64,000 nt of DNA from Malacoraja senta (Eukaryota): NCBI GenBank assembly GCA_038087875.1, contig CM075994.1:1-64000 (forward strand). The letters are read 5' to 3'. The notes under the pieces were generated by a model. It made no database searches, was not told the DNA's origin, and saw nothing but the letters and a program-made list of their open reading frames with translations. How positions within the stretch are numbered: position 1 is the first letter of the stretch; every line of letters starts with the position of its first letter. Shown in pieces: positions 24,696 through 37,103 of this stretch. Made by a program: the position numbers and the translations under genes.

Positions 24696-24893
24696 GACAC
24701 AAAAAGCTGGAGTAACTCAGCGAGTCAGACCGCATCCCTGGAGAAAAGGAATAGGTGACATTTCGGGTTGAGACCCTTCTTCAGACTCCTGAAGACTCCA
24801 GAGTCTGAAGAAGGGTCTTGAACCGAAACGTCACCTGTTCCTTTTCCCCAGAGATGCAGTCTGAGCCGTTGAGTTACTCCAGGTTTTTGTGCC
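24696..24893. repeat. Penelope-derived fold-back element with back-to-back hammerhead motifs
   Basis: ~90-nt inverted arms around ctgaagactcca. + arm contains CTGAAGAAGGGTCTTGAACCGAAACGTC (24805-24832). Confidence 0.8.
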
Positions 24894-25727
24894 ACATCTG
24901 AGATAGATGAACACACACACGTAGATGTTCAGTGTTTACCTTAGCTACCAGACAGTACTAACAGTAAAGAAAGTGTATAGTATGCTTCCACATTGCTTGG
25001 GGCATTGAGTATAAGAGTCATGAAGTCAGGTTGCAGCTTTATAAAACCATTGTTAGGCCACATTTGGAGTATTGCATGCAGTTCAAGTCGCACCTTGTAC
25101 AGGAAGATTATGGAGGTTTTCGAGGGAGTGCAGAAGAGATTTACCACAATGTTGCCTGGATTACAGTGTTTTACCTATCAGACGAGATTGGACAAACTTG
25201 GATTATTTTCTATGGTGCGTCAGAGGCTTATGAGAGACTTGATTGAAGTATTTAAAATAGTGAGAGGCATTGATAGGGTAGACAGTCAGAACCTTTTCCC
25301 ACAGGGTGGAAATGTCAAAGACCAGAGGACATCGCTTTAAGGTGAGGGGGGAACAACGTTTAAAAGAGATTTGGGGGGCATGGGTTTTGAAAAACATCCT
25401 CTCCCTCAGGGTTAACAAGGAAATGGAGCTAGTTATTGACTTCAGGAAGTACCTGCCCAATCAGCTACAAGTCAATGAATTAATTTAAACAGTATCACAC
25501 CTGAGATATGTAGGAAGTAACTGCAGATGCTGGTCAGCGAGTCCGACAGCATCTCTTGAGAAATGGATTAGGTGACATTTCGGGTCGAGACCCTTCTTCA
25601 GACTCCTGAAGACTCGAGTCGGAAGGAGGGTTTCGGCCTGAAACGTCACCTATTCCTGAATACATGCCCAATCAGCATCAATGGTGCTGAAGTGGAAATG
25701 GTTGAAACTTCATCTTCCTGGGTGTAA

Positions 25728-26000
25728 AGGGCAGCAGGATGGCACAGTGGTAGATTTGCTGCCTTACAGTGCCAGAGACCCTGTACGATCCTGACTATGG
25801 ATGCTGTCTGTACGGCGCTTGTACATTCTCCCCATGGGTTTTCTCCAAGAACTTCAGTTTCCCCTCACACTCCAAAGACTTACAGGTTTGTAGGTTAATT
25901 GGCTTGGTATAAATGTAAATTGTCCCTAGTTTGTGTCGGAAAGTGTTAATGCGAGGGGATCGCTGGTCGTGCTGTATCTCTAAACTAAACTAAAACTAAA
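25728..26000 (+). mobile_element. tRNA-derived V-SINE (HE1-like)
   Basis: Head, V-domain and (CTAAA)n tail. Confidence 0.85.
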
Positions 26001-26069
26001 AATCTCCACCAATTTTTCCTGGACTAACCAATCACATTGAAGATTGTAGATGTTGATTAAAATGAAAAT

Positions 26070-27652
26070 TAACCGGGAAGTGGTGTTAGGTAAATTGAAT
26101 GGATTAAAGGCCAATAAATCCCCAGGGCCAGATAGGCTGCATCCCAGAGTACTTAAGGAAGTAGCCCCAGAAATAGTGGATGCATTAGTGATAATTTTTC
26201 AGAACTCCTTAGATTCTGGAGTAGTTCCTGAGGATTGGAGGGTAGCAAACGTAACCCCACTTTTTAAAAAGGGAGGGAGAGAGAAAACGGGGAATTACAG
26301 ACCAGTTAGTTTAACATCGGTAGTGGGGAAACTGCTAGAGTCAGTTATTAAAGATGGGATAGCAGCACATTTGGAAAGTGGTGAAATCATTGGACAAAGT
26401 CAGCATGGATTTATGAAAGGTAAATCATGTCTGACGAATCTTCTAGAATTTTTCGAGGATGTAACTAGTAGAGTGGATAGGGGAGAACCAGTGGATGTGT
26501 TATATCTGGACTTTCAGAAGGCTTTCGACAAGGTCCCACATAAGAGATTAGTATACAAACTCAAAGCACACGTTTTGGGGGTTCAGTATTGATGTGGATA
26601 GAGATCTGGCTGGTAAACAGGAAGCAAAGAGTAGGAGTAAACAGGTCCTTTTCAGAATGGCAGGCAGTGACTAGTGGGGTACCGCAAGGCTCAGTGCTGG
26701 GACCCCATGTATTTGCAATATATATTAATGATTTGGACGAGGGAATTGAATGCAACATCTCCAAGTTTGCGGATGACATGAAGCTGGGGGGCAGTGTTAT
26801 CTGTGAAGAGGATGCTAGGAGGCTGCAAGGTGACTTGGATAGGCTGGGCGAGTGGGCAAATGCATGGGAGATGCAGTATAATGTGGATAAATGTGAGGTT
26901 ATCCACTTTGGGGGCAAAAACAGGAAAGGAGACTATTATCTAAATGGTGGCCGATTAGGAAAAGGAGAGATGCAACGAGACCTGGGTGTCATGGTACACC
27001 AGTCATTGAAAGTAGGCATGCAGGTGCAGCAGGAAGTGAAGTATAGGAGCAGGGAGGTTCTACTGCAGTTGTACAGGGTCTTGGTGAGACCAAACCTGGA
27101 GTATTGCGTACAGTTTTGGTCTCCAAATCTGAGGAAAGACATTCTTGCCATAGAGGGAGTACAGAGAAGGTTCACCAGACTGATTCCTGGGATGTCAGGA
27201 CTTTCATATGAAGAAAGACTGGATAGACTCGGCTTGTACTCACTAGAATTTAGAAGATTGAGGGGGGATCTTATAGAAACTTACAAAATTCTTAAGGGGT
27301 TGGACAGGCTAGATGCAGAAAGATTGTTCCCGATGTTGGGGAAGTCCAGGACAAGGGGTCACAGTTTAAGGATAAAGGGGAAATCCTTTAGGACCGAGAT
27401 GAGAAAAACATTTTTCACACAGAGAGTGGTGAATCTCTGGAACTTTCTGCCACAGAAGGTAGTTGAGGCCAGTTCATTGGCTATATTTAAGAGGGAGTTA
27501 GATGTGGCCCTTGTGGCTAAGGGATCAGGGGGTATGGAGAGAAGGCAGGTACAGGATACTGAGTTGGATGATCAGCCATGATCATATTGAATGGCGGTGC
27601 AGGCTCGAAGGGCCGAATGGCCTACTCCTGCACCTATTTTCTAAGTTTCTAT
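26070..27652 (+). mobile_element. 5'-truncated CR1 LINE (RT domain to tail)
   Basis: [39 protein letters not shown] motifs. Frameshift near 26580 and an internal deletion. Near-identical to 51960-53596. Confidence 0.95.
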
Positions 27653-28104
27653 GAAAATGAAAGTTGAAGATGGAAGAACAAAGTAGCACATCACCTCCAC
27701 TTCTTCAAGAGACAAAGGACAAGTTCAGTATATCTCCAATAACTCTTATCAAGTCTACAGATGCACAGTAGAAAGCATACTATCAGGTAATAAATTAGTC
27801 ATCGGCAGCTGAGGGAATACCTCATAGAAGTTGGTAAAATTGTGAAAGGCATACAGTGCCCTGCATAATGTTTGGGACAAAGTCACATCATTTATTTATT
27901 TGCCTCTATACTTCACAATTTGAGATTGGTAATAGAAAAATCACATGTGGTTAAAGTGCATATTGTCAGATTTTAATAAAGGCCATTTTTATACATTTTG
28001 GTTTCAACATGTAGAAATTACAGCAGTGTTTATACATAGTCCCCCCCATTTCAGGGCACCATAATGTTTGGTACACAGCAATGCAGGGCTCTCACTTAAC
28101 TTTT

Positions 28105-28376
28105 TTTCCTTCTTTCTTTCTCTTTTTTTTTCTAGGGTCTATTTTCTAACTTTACTTCCTTCTCTAACTTCTTTTCTAAGGGGCTTTCTTTTCCCAACAC
28201 TCTTTTGCACTTCACAACCTTTGTGCACTTTCTTCACTTTTCTTACTTCTTTCTTTTTCTTTCTTAAAGTTTAAAAAAGTGAAGCGGTACAAAAAATGTA
28301 TTAATATATACGTGTTGTACATTACTGTAATCTACCGTACTTCTAAAAAAAATTAAAAAAAAAAAAAAAAAAAAAA
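28105..28376 (+). mobile_element. L1 3'UTR with poly(A)
   Basis: T-rich UTR similar to 13190-13440 and 45860-46212. Long A tail. aacttttttt duplicated on both sides. Confidence 0.75.
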
Positions 28377-28724
28377 CTTTTTTTCCCTGTTGCCAGTCGG
28401 GCAACCTCGGCAGGTTGTTAGGTTGTCAAATTACAGTTTAGGTGGTCATTTAAGACGGCTTGCATGATGCGTGCAATAATGTGCTCGGACGAAGTGCGTT
28501 ACCAGTCGGAATTATGGTCAATGAAGCATTCACATATTATTTCTGCTTCAAATAAATTCACAAACTAAACGTATTCACCTATCAAGACATGATCTATACC
28601 ACAATGACATGCAGCAAAATTACAATACAGTATCTCATCTCTTTTTACACGTGCAATGAATGCAATTTCTATTATTTCTTTCCACTTCCAAATAAAAATC
28701 TGTTTGGATTATTCAGCGCATGAT

Positions 28725-29150
28725 CAACCTCGGTGATTGCTTCGCCCAACACCTCCAATCAGTTCGCCATAACTAACCTGATCTCCTGGTGGCTCAGCAC
28801 TTCAACTCCCCCTCCCATTCCGAATCCGACCTTTCTGTCCTGGTCCTCCTCCATTGCCAGAGTGACGCCCACCATAAATTGGAGAAGCAGCGCCTCATAT
28901 TTCGCTTGGGCAGCTTACACCCCAGCGGTATGAACCTCCAATTTCAAGTAGTCCCTGCATTCTCCTCCGCTTCCCAGCTCTCCCTCAGCCCACTGTCTCC
29001 GCCTCTTCCTTTCTTCTTCCCGCTCGCTCCCCCCCCCCTCGCCTCACCTCACATCAGTCTGAAAAAGGGTCTCGACCCTAAACGTCACCTATTTTCTTCG
29101 CTCCATAGATGCTGCCTCACCCGCTGAGTTTCTCCAGCATTTTTGTCTCC
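28725..29150 (+). mobile_element. Penelope 3' fragment (GIY-YIG C-terminus plus terminal repeat)
   Basis: AQHFNSPSHSESDLSVL..KLEKQRLIFRLGSLHPSGMN. Confidence 0.85.
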
Positions 29151-32100
29151 CCATTCACACAAGTTCTGTTATCCCACTTTCCTCACCCACTCCCTACACA
29201 TTAGGGGCAATTTTACAGAGACAAGTTAACCTACAAAGCCAATGCGTCTTTGGGATGTGGGAGGAAACCCACACGCTTGCAGGGAGAATGTACAAATTCA
29301 ACACAGACAGTGCCCGAGGACAGGATCGACCACAGATCTCTGGCGTGTGAGGCAGCAAGTCCACCAGCTGTGCCACTATATTTTATTTTCCAACACACAA
29401 AAAATTATACGTTGATAACTTTGGTTACTAAAAAAAAGAAGCTATACATTTTCAGTTTTAAATATCGAAGTGACGCTATGTCCCCCTTTACAGCTACTAT
29501 ATGTTTTAATTCAGTTCAAGGCTATGCAGCAGTACATTGGCCATAAAGTTGCTGCCTAAAATTGCCAGAGACCCGGAATTGATCCTGAATATGGGTGCTG
29601 TCCATCTGGAGTTTGCTCCTTTTCCCTTTGATCGCATGGGTTTTCTCCGGGTGCTCTTGTTTCCTTCCACATTCCAAAGGTGTGCAGGAACCTTTTTCAG
29701 ACCCAACCCAAAACGTAATATTTTCTGTTTGTCCAGAGATTCTGTCTGACCTGTTGATTTACTCCAGCTTTTTGTGTCAATCTTCAGTTTAAACCAGCAT
29801 CTGCAGTTCCTTCCTACATACACGATACTATTCGATAGAACTTTATTAATCCCAGGAGGGAAATTGTGTGTGTGTGTGTATATATATATATATTATACCC
29901 ACACACACACATGTATATATACTTATATAGTTACATATTCATATATAAGTACTATGTTTACATATTCTGTTGTGCTGCTGATAGTAAGGATTCCGTTGTT
30001 CTAACTGGGACACGAGAGAATAAAACTCTTGACTTATGTTGGTAATGTGTGGGATAGAACTAGTGTACGGGTGGTCGGCGCGGACTCGGTGGGCCGAAGG
30101 GCCTGTTTCCACGCTATATCTTTAAATTAAACTAAAAACACTAACACCAGAGGAAATCTAAAGAAGGGTCTCTACCCGAAACGTCACCCAATTTCTTCTA
30201 TCCAGAGATGCTGGCTGCTCCATGGAGATCCCCCGCACAATTAAAGCATGGAATAGTCTTCACCCTACCATAGTCACCCAACCAGACGCAACTAAATTTA
30301 ATGTCGCTCTTGTTTCCCCCAAGAACCCTTTTTTGCTTTAGTCCAAGTCAAGAGTCAAGAGAGTTTTGTTGTCATGTATCCCAGATAGGACAATGAAATT
30401 CTTGCTTGCTGCAGCACAACAGAATATGTAAACATAATACAGAACAGGAGATAAAAGTTCAGTGTGTCTATATACCATAGACCATATATATACACAATAA
30501 ATAAACAGATAAAGTGCAATAGGCTGTTATTTTTCAGTGTTTGGAGTTTGGTGGTGGTGGGTCCATGACAGTTTAAATTCCATTTGGAATATATTTGGAT
30601 AACGAGGAAACCAAGAAGCAAGAGTTACTCCAGGGAGTTACTCCAGCTCCAGGGAGTGATTCTGCGTTGGTTTTCAGCGGTTGTGGCGAGGCGGCAACCG
30701 GACAGCAATGGTGGCCAGATCTCCCACAATGCAAAGGGAGGGAGAAAGTGCCCGACGCCGACCAGTTGCCGTGGCAGTGCGCATGTGCAGGGCGGCACAT
30801 GCGCACAACCACGGTCGATGATGTGCTGGCCGTGGTTGTGCGCATGTGCAGGGGAGGATGTGCAGGCCGTGGCAGTGTGCATGTGCAAGGCGGCCGGCCG
30901 TGCCGGCGGATGAGAAGCGAGCAGAGAGCGGACACCCGGACAGGGATACGGTTGGCGTGCGGAGACGGAGAGTGACAGACAAGAGAGATAGTGAGGGGGG
31001 CCTGCTCAGAATTAAACAATAGGTGTCCCGCGTGCTTGCCAAGCCGGGCAATATTACACGAGTTTTAGGTTGCCCGGCGGGACGTTTGGTCGCCATTGGC
31101 ACCTGGGCAACTGCTAATTTCGAGCCCTGCAATGCCATGTAAATGAAAGTAGTCATGTTCAGTATTTTGTTGCATACCCTTTGCATGCAATGACTGCTTG
31201 AAGTCTGTGATTCATGGACATCACCAGTTGCTGGGTCTCTTCTCTGCTGATGCTCTGTCAGGCCTGTATTGCAGCCATCTTCAGCTTATGCTTGTTTTGG
31301 GGGCTTGTCCCCTTCAGCATATAACAGACATGCTTAATTGGGTTCAGATCGAATGATTGACTTGGCCACTCAAGAATTGACCATATTTTAGCTTTGAAGT
31401 ACTCCTTTGATGCTTTAACAGCATATTTGGGATCATTGTCTTGCTGCAGAATGAACCGCTGGCCAATGAGGTTTGAGGCATTTGTTTGAACATGAGCAGA
31501 TAGGATGTGTGTATACACTTCAGAATTCATTATGCTACTACCATCAGCAGTTGCATCATCAATGAAGATAAGTGAGCCAGTACCTAAGCAGCCATACATG
31601 CCCTGGCCATAACACCCCCGCCTCTGTGTTTCACAGATGAGGTGGTATGCTTTGGATCTTGGGCAGTTCCTTCTCTCCTCCATACTTTGTTCTTGCCATT
31701 ACTCTGATATAGTCTTCGTCTCAAATGAATCTTCATCTCATTTGTCCACAAGACCTTTTTCCAGAATTGTGGTTGCTCTTTTCAGTACTTCTTAGCAAAC
31801 TGTAACCTGGTCATCCTATTTTTGCGGAAAACCAGTGGTTTGCTTCTTGCAGTGTAGCCTCTGTATTTCTGTTCATGAAGTCTTCTGCGCTGTGGCTATT
31901 AACAAATCCACACCTGACTCCTGAAGAGTGTTTCTGATCTATCGGAGAGGGGTTTGGGGATTTTTCTTTAATAGAGAGAATTCTTCTGTCATCTGCTGTG
32001 GAGGTCTTCCTTGGCCTGCCAGCCCCATGTGATTAGTAAGCTCACCAGTGCTCGCTTTCTTCTTAATGATGTTCCAAACCATGGATTTTGGGAAGCCTAA

Positions 32101-32596
32101 GGTTTGGCTGATGTCTCTGACAGTTTTATTCTTGTTTCTCAGTCTCATAATGGCTTCTTTGACTTTCATTGACACAACTTTGGTCCTCATGTTGATAAAC
32201 AGCAATAAATGTTTCCAAAGGTGATGGAAAGACTGGAGGAAAGACTAGGTGCTGAGAGCTCTCTTGCACCTGCATTAAGGAGGCATTTGAACACACCTGA
32301 GCTATTACAAACACCTGTGAAACCATGTGTCCCAAACATTATGCTGCCCTGTAATGGGGGGACTATGTATAAACACAGCTGTAATTTCTACATGGTGAAA
32401 GCAAAATGTATTAAAAAACCTTTTAATAAAATCTGATAATGTGCACTTTAACCACGTGATTTTTTTCTATTACAAATCTCAAATTGTAGAGTACAGATGC
32501 AAATAAATAAATGATGGGTCTTTGTCCCAAATATTATGGAGGAAACTGTAAGTAGACAGACAGAACCTTTATTCCTAGGGTGCAAATGTCAAAGAC

Positions 32597-33203
32597 GAGT
32601 AAACATGACTGGTCCAGTAACGCTGAGGCCCTGTACAAGAAGGGACAGAGCCGGCTGTACTTTTTGAGAAGTCTCTGCTCCTTCAATGTCTGCACTAACA
32701 TGCTGCAGATGTTATACAAATTGGTGGTGGCCAGTGCCATCTTTTTTGTTGCCATATGCTGGGTCAGCAGGGCAAAGGCCACGGACACCAACAGGTTTAA
32801 CAAGCTCATCAGGAAGGCTGGCTCCATCCTGGGCATGGAGGTGGATTCATGGGATGAGGTCTTGGAGGGAAGGATGGTCCTCAAACTGTGGAGCATCTTG
32901 GACAATACAGCTCATCCTCTCCATGACACACTGGGCAACCTGAGGAGCACCTTCAGCAACAGACAGGTTCCACCAAGATACAGTACAGAATGCCACAGGA
33001 GATCCTTCTTTCCTGTGGCTATCAAACTGTACAACTCTTCCCCCTTCTGTCGTGAGCTAGACTGACTCTCCTCCCACCCCCAATCTTTCCACATCCCCAA
33101 TCCTTTCCACTTCACCTTAATTTCATGTTTCATGTATCTTGTGTTTTATGACTGTTGGCAGATCAATTTCCCTCCTGGGATAAATAAAGATCTATCGTAT
33201 CGC
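32597..33203 (+). mobile_element. Rex1/Babar 3' fragment
   Basis: KKGQSRLYFLRSL...RRSFFPVAIKLYNSS; (ATCGT)n tail. Confidence 0.85.
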
Positions 33204-33438
33204 AGAGGACTGAGTGTGAAGGGCAGATGGGGAAAGTTTCACGAAGAAAGGATTAGTTTAATTTGGGATCATGTTTGACACAGACATCAGGTCCTAACAT
33301 CAAGGACCTGTTCCTATGCTCTATTGTTCAATTTAGAATTATATTTCTGCAAATGCATTTTCTTTTTTTCCCAACTTGAACATTCTTGAGCCAGATTGCA
33401 GTCACCGCCTGCTTACAGAGACTCAGAAGTAATTTTAC

Positions 33439-33499
33439 CTGAAACTCTGTTGCTGAGAAGTTGCAGAAGGCAGAGGATAGAACAGCCGAAGGTCATCAT
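33439..33499 (-). CDS. Gene B signal-peptide exon (coding part; exon with 5'UTR spans 33439-33580)
   Basis: ATG at 33499: MMTFGCSILCLLQLLSNRVS plus G|GTAAAA (phase 1), joining the V exon as Ala. Upstream acceptor ctccttttccttctctcAG at 33581-33582. In-frame TGA upstream of the ATG. Confidence 0.8.
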
Positions 33500-33954
33500 T
33501 ATGTAGAGGAGCTGGTGCTATCAGCTTATTCAAATAACGGAATAGGGTCACGAAGGTAGCCTGGTAACTTCATCTGAGAACTGAGAGAAGGAAAAGGAGC
33601 AATATATCATACATAGCACACATTATAATTTATATTTAGATGAGAGGAACTCAGAGGGTCGGGCATATGTGGAGGGAGTGGGGAGATGATGTTTTGAGTG
33701 GGACTGTTTTATTGATGAGGGCAGTGTTGCTGATATGATTTACACGTGCTTCTGCAAGGCCTTCAACAAGGACCCACACACGGAAGACTGGTTGAAAAGA
33801 TATAGAGCCCTTAAGATACGGCAAGTCGTCATTTTCAATCAAAATACTAGTGCGGTAAAGGAGACAAAGGATAAAGGTGGTGATGCAAGAACTACATCTC
33901 CATCTGCAACAACTGCATCTGAACAAAACCATGCTGACTATCCCTAATCAGCCC

Positions 33955-34495
33955 TTGTCCATGTAAATGCATGTGTATCCTATCCCTCAGAATACTCTCC
34001 AGTAACTTTCCAACTACAGATGTTATTTGTGGCCCATGGCTCTTTACTTTTGACCAGAGCCTCAATTTACCTCATCATCCAAAATTCCTTCTGCTCACCT
34101 GCCTTGCCCTTAACTCCAACAGGAATTATAAAAACATCCCACTTTCCTGACATTCCTTTTCTTTCAAACAACCTACTCCAATCAACTTGAGCGGGTCCCT
34201 CTCCCAGACCTCAAAGTTGGCCTTACCACAATTTAGCATTTAACATGTGGGTCCTCTCTGTCCCTATCCATAACTATCTTGAACTTAATTGAACAGTGGT
34301 CACTGATCCCAAAAATCACATCCATGAACACTTCATCAACTTGCCCCTCCCAATTTCCCAAGACTAGATCAAGCATTGCCCTCTCCTGTGTGGGGCCCTC
34401 TACATATTGCTGGAGAAAACTCTCCTAAACATTTTGACAAATTCCACCCTGTCTAAACGTTTCACACTAGAATATTCCCATTCAATATTGGGAAA
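33955..34495 (-). mobile_element. Old CR1 fragments (endonuclease/linker region)
   Basis: Reverse strand contains pieces like FPNIEW, LDLVLGN and GISDH. Confidence 0.5.
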
Positions 34496-35220
34496 GGTTC
34501 CAGTTCTCCTCTGGGCAATATCAATTTTGATACTTTGAAGTAATTATTTTAATATAATTTGAACTGCAATGACTGAAATAAATAAAAGATAAAGAGACAC
34601 AATAGAAACTGCAGATGCTTGAATGTTCCACAAAAAGGAAAGTGCTGGAGTAACTCAGCAGGTCAATCACCATCTATAGAGGAATAGACTGGTAATGTTC
34701 AGGCCAGGACCCTTCTTCAGATTGAAGAAATTTAAATTAGAGATAATATTTTAATATTGAATACAGATTTAGAAGGCAGTCTACAGGAGACAAATCTTAA
34801 CATTTACATCTGATGAGGGAAATAATTGGCTTAAGGCATGCCATATGAAGAAGGCATCAATGGGGCCAAGTACATTAAAATGAAATTAAAACTAAACTGA
34901 AGATTCTGGAATGTAAAATTAAAAAAAAAATGTGGTGACACTCAGCGGGTCAGGTAGAGAAACAGTTCAAGTTAATGACTTTTCATTCGGACTGGGAAAA
35001 GAGAAAAATGGGAGAGAGGAGATGCAAAGTAAAAACAGAAGATGATGGAAATACTCAGTAGATCAGACTGCATTTGTGTGAAGAGAAACAGAGTTAAAGG
35101 TGTTGGAGGATTGATGGTACAAAGTAATATCAGTTATAGAGAGAGGCAGGGCTGCTTTAGGATGAACTGTGGAGATCCTACAGTGGATTATAGTCGCACA
35201 GCTGGGAAATGTCTGTCTTG

Positions 35221-36905
35221 GATCCGTCTTCACTAAGGAAGACACAAACAATCTCCCTGATGTACTAGTGGCCAGAGGATCTAGTGTGACGGATGAACTG
35301 AAGGAAATCCACAATAGGCAGGAAATGGTGTTGGGTAGACGGATGGGAATTAAGGCTAATAAATCCCCAGGGCCTGATGGTCTGCATCCCAGGGTACTTA
35401 AGGAAGTGGCTCTAGAATTGGTAGACGCATTGGTGATAATTTTCCAATGTTCAATAGATTCATGATCAGTTCCTGTGGATTGGAGGGTAGCTAATGTTTT
35501 CCCACTTTTTAAAGAGAGGTGGGAGAGAAAAAACAGGGAATTATAGACCAGTTAGCCTGACAATGGTGGTGGGGAAGATGCTGGAGTCAATTATTAAAGA
35601 TGAAATAGCGGTACATTTGGATAGCAGCAACAGGATCGGTTCAAGTCAGCATGGATTTACGAAGGGGAAATCATGCTTGACTAATCTTCTGAAATGTTTT
35701 GAGGATGTAACTGGGGAAATGGACAAGGGAGAGCCAGTGGATGTGGTGTACCTGGACTTCCAGAAAGCATTTGAGAATAGTGGGCAAAATTAGAGCACAT
35801 GGTCTTGGGGATAGGGTGCTGACATGGATAGAACATTTTTGAGACAGGAAACAAAGATTAGGGATTAACGGATCCCTTTCAGAATGGCAGGCAGTGACTA
35901 GTGGGGTACTGCAAGGCTCAGTGCTGGGACTGCAGCTATTTACAATATATATTAATGATTTAGATGAAGGGATTAAAAGTAACATTAGCAAATTTGTAGA
36001 TGACACGAAGCTGCGTGGCAGTGTGAACTGTGAGGAGGATGCTCTGAGAATGCAGGGTGACTTGGACAGGTTGGGTGAGTGGGCAGATGCATGGCAGATG
36101 CAGTTAATCTGGATAAATGCGGTTATTCACTTTTGGGGCAAAAAAATATCAGATTTGTGTCAAGTTGGGAAAAGGGGATGTACAACGAGATCTGGGGGTC
36201 CTTGTTCATCAGACACTGAAAGTAAGCATGCAGGTACAGTAGGTATTGAAGAAAGTGAATGTCATGTTGACCTTCATAACAAGAGGAGTTGAGTATAGGA
36301 GCAAAGAGGTCCTTCTGCAGTTGTACAGGGCCCTAGTGAGACCACACCTGGAGTATTGTGTGCAGTTTTGGTTTCCAAATTTGAGGAAGGACATTCTTGC
36401 TATTGAGGGAGTGCAGTGAAGGTTCAGCAGGTTAATCCCCGGGATGGCGGGACTGTCATATGTTGATAGAATGGAGCGGCTGGACTTGTATACTCTGGAA
36501 TTTAGAAGGATGAGAGGATATCTTATTGAAACATTCAAGATTATTTAGGGTTTGGACACCCTAGAGGCAGGAAACGTGTTCACTATGTGGTGATAGTACA
36601 GAACCAGGGGCCTCAGTTTAAGAAAAAGGGGTAAGCCATTTAGAAAGGAGATGAGGAAACACTTTTTCACACAGAGGGTTGTGAATCTGTGGAATTTTCT
36701 GCCTCAGAAGGCAGTGGAGGCCAATTCTCTAGATTCGTTCAAGAGAGATTTAGATAGAGCTCTTACAGATAGCGGAGTCAGGGGATATGGGGAGAAGGCA
36801 GGAACGGGGTACTGATTGTGGATGATCAGCCATGATCATAGTGAATGGCGTGTGCTGGCTTGAAGAGCCGAATAGCCTACTCCTGCACCTATTGTCTATT
36901 GTCTA
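35221..36905 (+). mobile_element. Degenerate CR1 LINE (RT to tail)
   Basis: SPGPDGLHPRVLKE, NYRPVSLT, YLDFQKAF, KFVDDTK motifs; (CTATTGT)n tail; multiple stops and frameshifts. Confidence 0.92.
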
Positions 36906-37103
36906 AATAACTCCAGCCCAACTTGCCCTTTACGGGGATGGTGCCGGAACTTTTAAGAGGATGTTGCCAGAACTAGAGGGTATGCGCTATAGGGAGAGGT
37001 TGAGTAGGCTGGGACTCTATTCCTTGGAGAGCAGGAGGATGAGGGGTGATCTTGTAGAGATGTATAAAATCATGAGAGGAACAGATCGGGTAGATGTGCT
37101 GAG

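Larger units (their letters stand above)
28084..31129. mobile_element. Non-autonomous hAT-like element with 5-bp TSD, inside the Tc1
   Basis: CAGGGCTC...GAGCCCTG termini flanked by CAATG (28079-28083, 31130-31134). Subterminal GGGCAAC repeats. Confidence 0.75.
27854..32548 (-). mobile_element. Tc1-family transposon (IR/DR-type long TIRs), degenerate transposase, with nested inserts
   Basis: TA|CAGTGCCC...AACTG|TA; ~220-bp TIRs with internal repeat CATAATGTTTGG.ACA. HTH region (KTVRDISQTLGFPKSMVWNII) and LQQDNDPK..WPSQSFDLNPIK motifs at 31258-32190. Flanks rejoin as CR1. Confidence 0.92.
17492..33499 (-). other. Gene B model span: CD2/SLAM-family-like Ig superfamily gene (signal-V-C2-stalk/TM), possibly a pseudogene or soluble variant
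   Basis: Four exons with canonical GT-AG sites and phase-1 junctions: 33439-33499, 24311-24610, 19861-20130, 17492-17585. A Cys-less V plus C2 architecture is typical of CD2/SLAM/CEACAM/HEPACAM-like proteins. 3' exons are uncertain. Confidence 0.8.
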
